A DNA stretch of 63,398 nucleotides, counting the filler, from Globobulimina sp. (taxonomy: Eukaryota), in the NCBI GenBank assembly GCA_003354225.1. It is 45 parts of 45 records of this genome, joined end to end, with 100 filler letters (N's around TTAATTAATTAA, not from the genome) between each part and the next. Parts side by side here need not be neighbours in the genome. Positions count along the whole stretch, not along the records: positions 62,089 to 63,398 come from PIVH01018929.1; 44 more parts are not named here. One strand, written 5' to 3'. A program made the position numbers and the translations under genes. Of the stretch, positions 62,449 through 63,398 are shown one piece after another; the stretch's first letter is position 1; each line of letters begins with the position of its first letter. Below the pieces are notes generated by a model, which saw nothing but the letters and a program-made list of their open reading frames with translations, had not been told where the DNA came from and searched no databases.

Positions 62449-62850
62449 TTAAACAGCTTTTGCAGTTTGAAATAGTGCTTTGACTCTATCAGATTTTAAA
62501 CATTCAACCTCAACCAATTTATTTTCCGTATTATATTCAATCAATGTCGGTATCGCAGTAAGTTTGAATCGTTTATCTCTTCTAAATATATTTCGCTTAT
62601 TTTTCCAAAATGGTGAACTGCCAACGTATACATTAACAAATAAATCTTTTTGTTTATTTAACAAATACAAATTACTATCAATTATTGGCCGTGCTTTGAC
62701 ACAATCTGTGCACCACGAACCACAAAATAATAAAAATATTCTTTCTCTATTTTTAGAATTAGTGTCCATTAATAATATATTTAATTCATCCATCCCTTCA
62801 ACATATAAGATATGAGCATCATTCTCCTGTTTATTTTCATCTCCATTCAA
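62449..62850 (-). CDS. Thioredoxin-domain protein, TXNDC17/TRP14-like (WCTDC)
   Basis: 'SWCTDCVKARP..VYVG...WK...N.FR.D..F.LTAIPTL..KLVE.EC'. Confidence 0.88.
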   Translation of the reverse strand: MNGDENKQENDAHILYVEGMDELNILLMDTNSKNRERIFLLFCGSWCTDCVKARPIIDSNLYLLNKQKDLFVNVYVGSSPFWKNKRNIFRRDKRFKLTAIPTLIEYNTENKLVEVECLKSDRVKALFQTAKAV

Positions 62851-62857
62851 ATTAGAA

Positions 62858-63145
62858 TTAATTTATTTTATTAGTCTTGCGTGGTTTATATGCATCCAAA
62901 ATATTGATAAACATCATTGTTAAAAACAAAAAACCGACACCCATTCCAAACCATTGTCCATTTTCTCTCAGCATGTATGCCAATGGCTCTCTCTTTTGTG
63001 ATTCTGCAAATTTCTGATAAGCTGTTTCCTTGTTGTTTGGCATTGAACTATAACGTGTCCGATGTCTTACGAAACCATTTAAACTCGCAATATTGCAATT
63101 AATTCGAACAGCGGCTTGAATCCGACGTAATAAAACATATGACAT
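62858..63145 (-). CDS. Presequence + TM peptide, probably the 5' part of the thioredoxin gene
   Basis: Arg-rich, acid-free N-terminus and one TM; stops 7 nt before the thioredoxin frame, which has no proper ATG. Confidence 0.6.
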   Translation of the reverse strand: MSYVLLRRIQAAVRINCNIASLNGFVRHRTRYSSMPNNKETAYQKFAESQKREPLAYMLRENGQWFGMGVGFLFLTMMFINILDAYKPRKTNKIN

Positions 63146-63398
63146 GGCACAGACAAACCGCAGTTTTTAATAATACCACTCACCACTGACTAACAGAATT
63201 AATATGAAAGCAGGATTTGATGAGTATAACTCAAATGCATTTGATATTTATCCTGAAATTATTCTCTCTAAACTGTATCACAAAGATAATGAACATATTA
63301 TCTTATCTCGTTGGAGAATGAATTTAATTGCCATTATTCATGAACCATATTATTGGCTTTGTATTGCAGTACAGGATCAAATTGTGATTTATAAATTA

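Overview
This window is not one continuous locus. It is a concatenation of about 45 unrelated contigs, each about 1.31 kb, joined by an artificial ~100-nt linker (N-run, TTAATTAATTAA, N-run), so no gene neighbourhood can be inferred across a linker. Most contigs come from an AT-rich eukaryote with short GT-AG introns (about 55-150 nt). The gene families look foraminiferan (Rhizaria), but that assignment is my inference. Host genes include TRRAP, class I PI3K, NDR kinase, WASH1, TIP41, RRP17/NOL12, mRNA guanylyltransferase, axonemal dynein, threonine dehydrogenase, an expansin, a Cys-less pentameric ligand-gated ion channel, RCC1/kelch/ankyrin/CAP-Gly/PH proteins, and two bacterial-type acyl-CoA ligases with introns and PTS1 signals. 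Foreign material includes a phage-like helicase contig, a bacterial YheU + TIR-protein contig, a BEL/Pao integrase contig and two bacterial/eukaryote chimeric contigs. The two most notable items are an intronless stand-alone RelA/SpoT (alarmone-synthetase-like) gene on a eukaryote-looking contig, and a tRNA-shaped element (anticodon GCA) with a ~125-nt structured insert that hides the anticodon in a cUUCGg hairpin. Also notable are palindromic MITE/fold-back families, head-to-head overlapping genes and a cluster of single-lesion reading-frame breaks. All calls come from reading motifs by eye; no searches were run.
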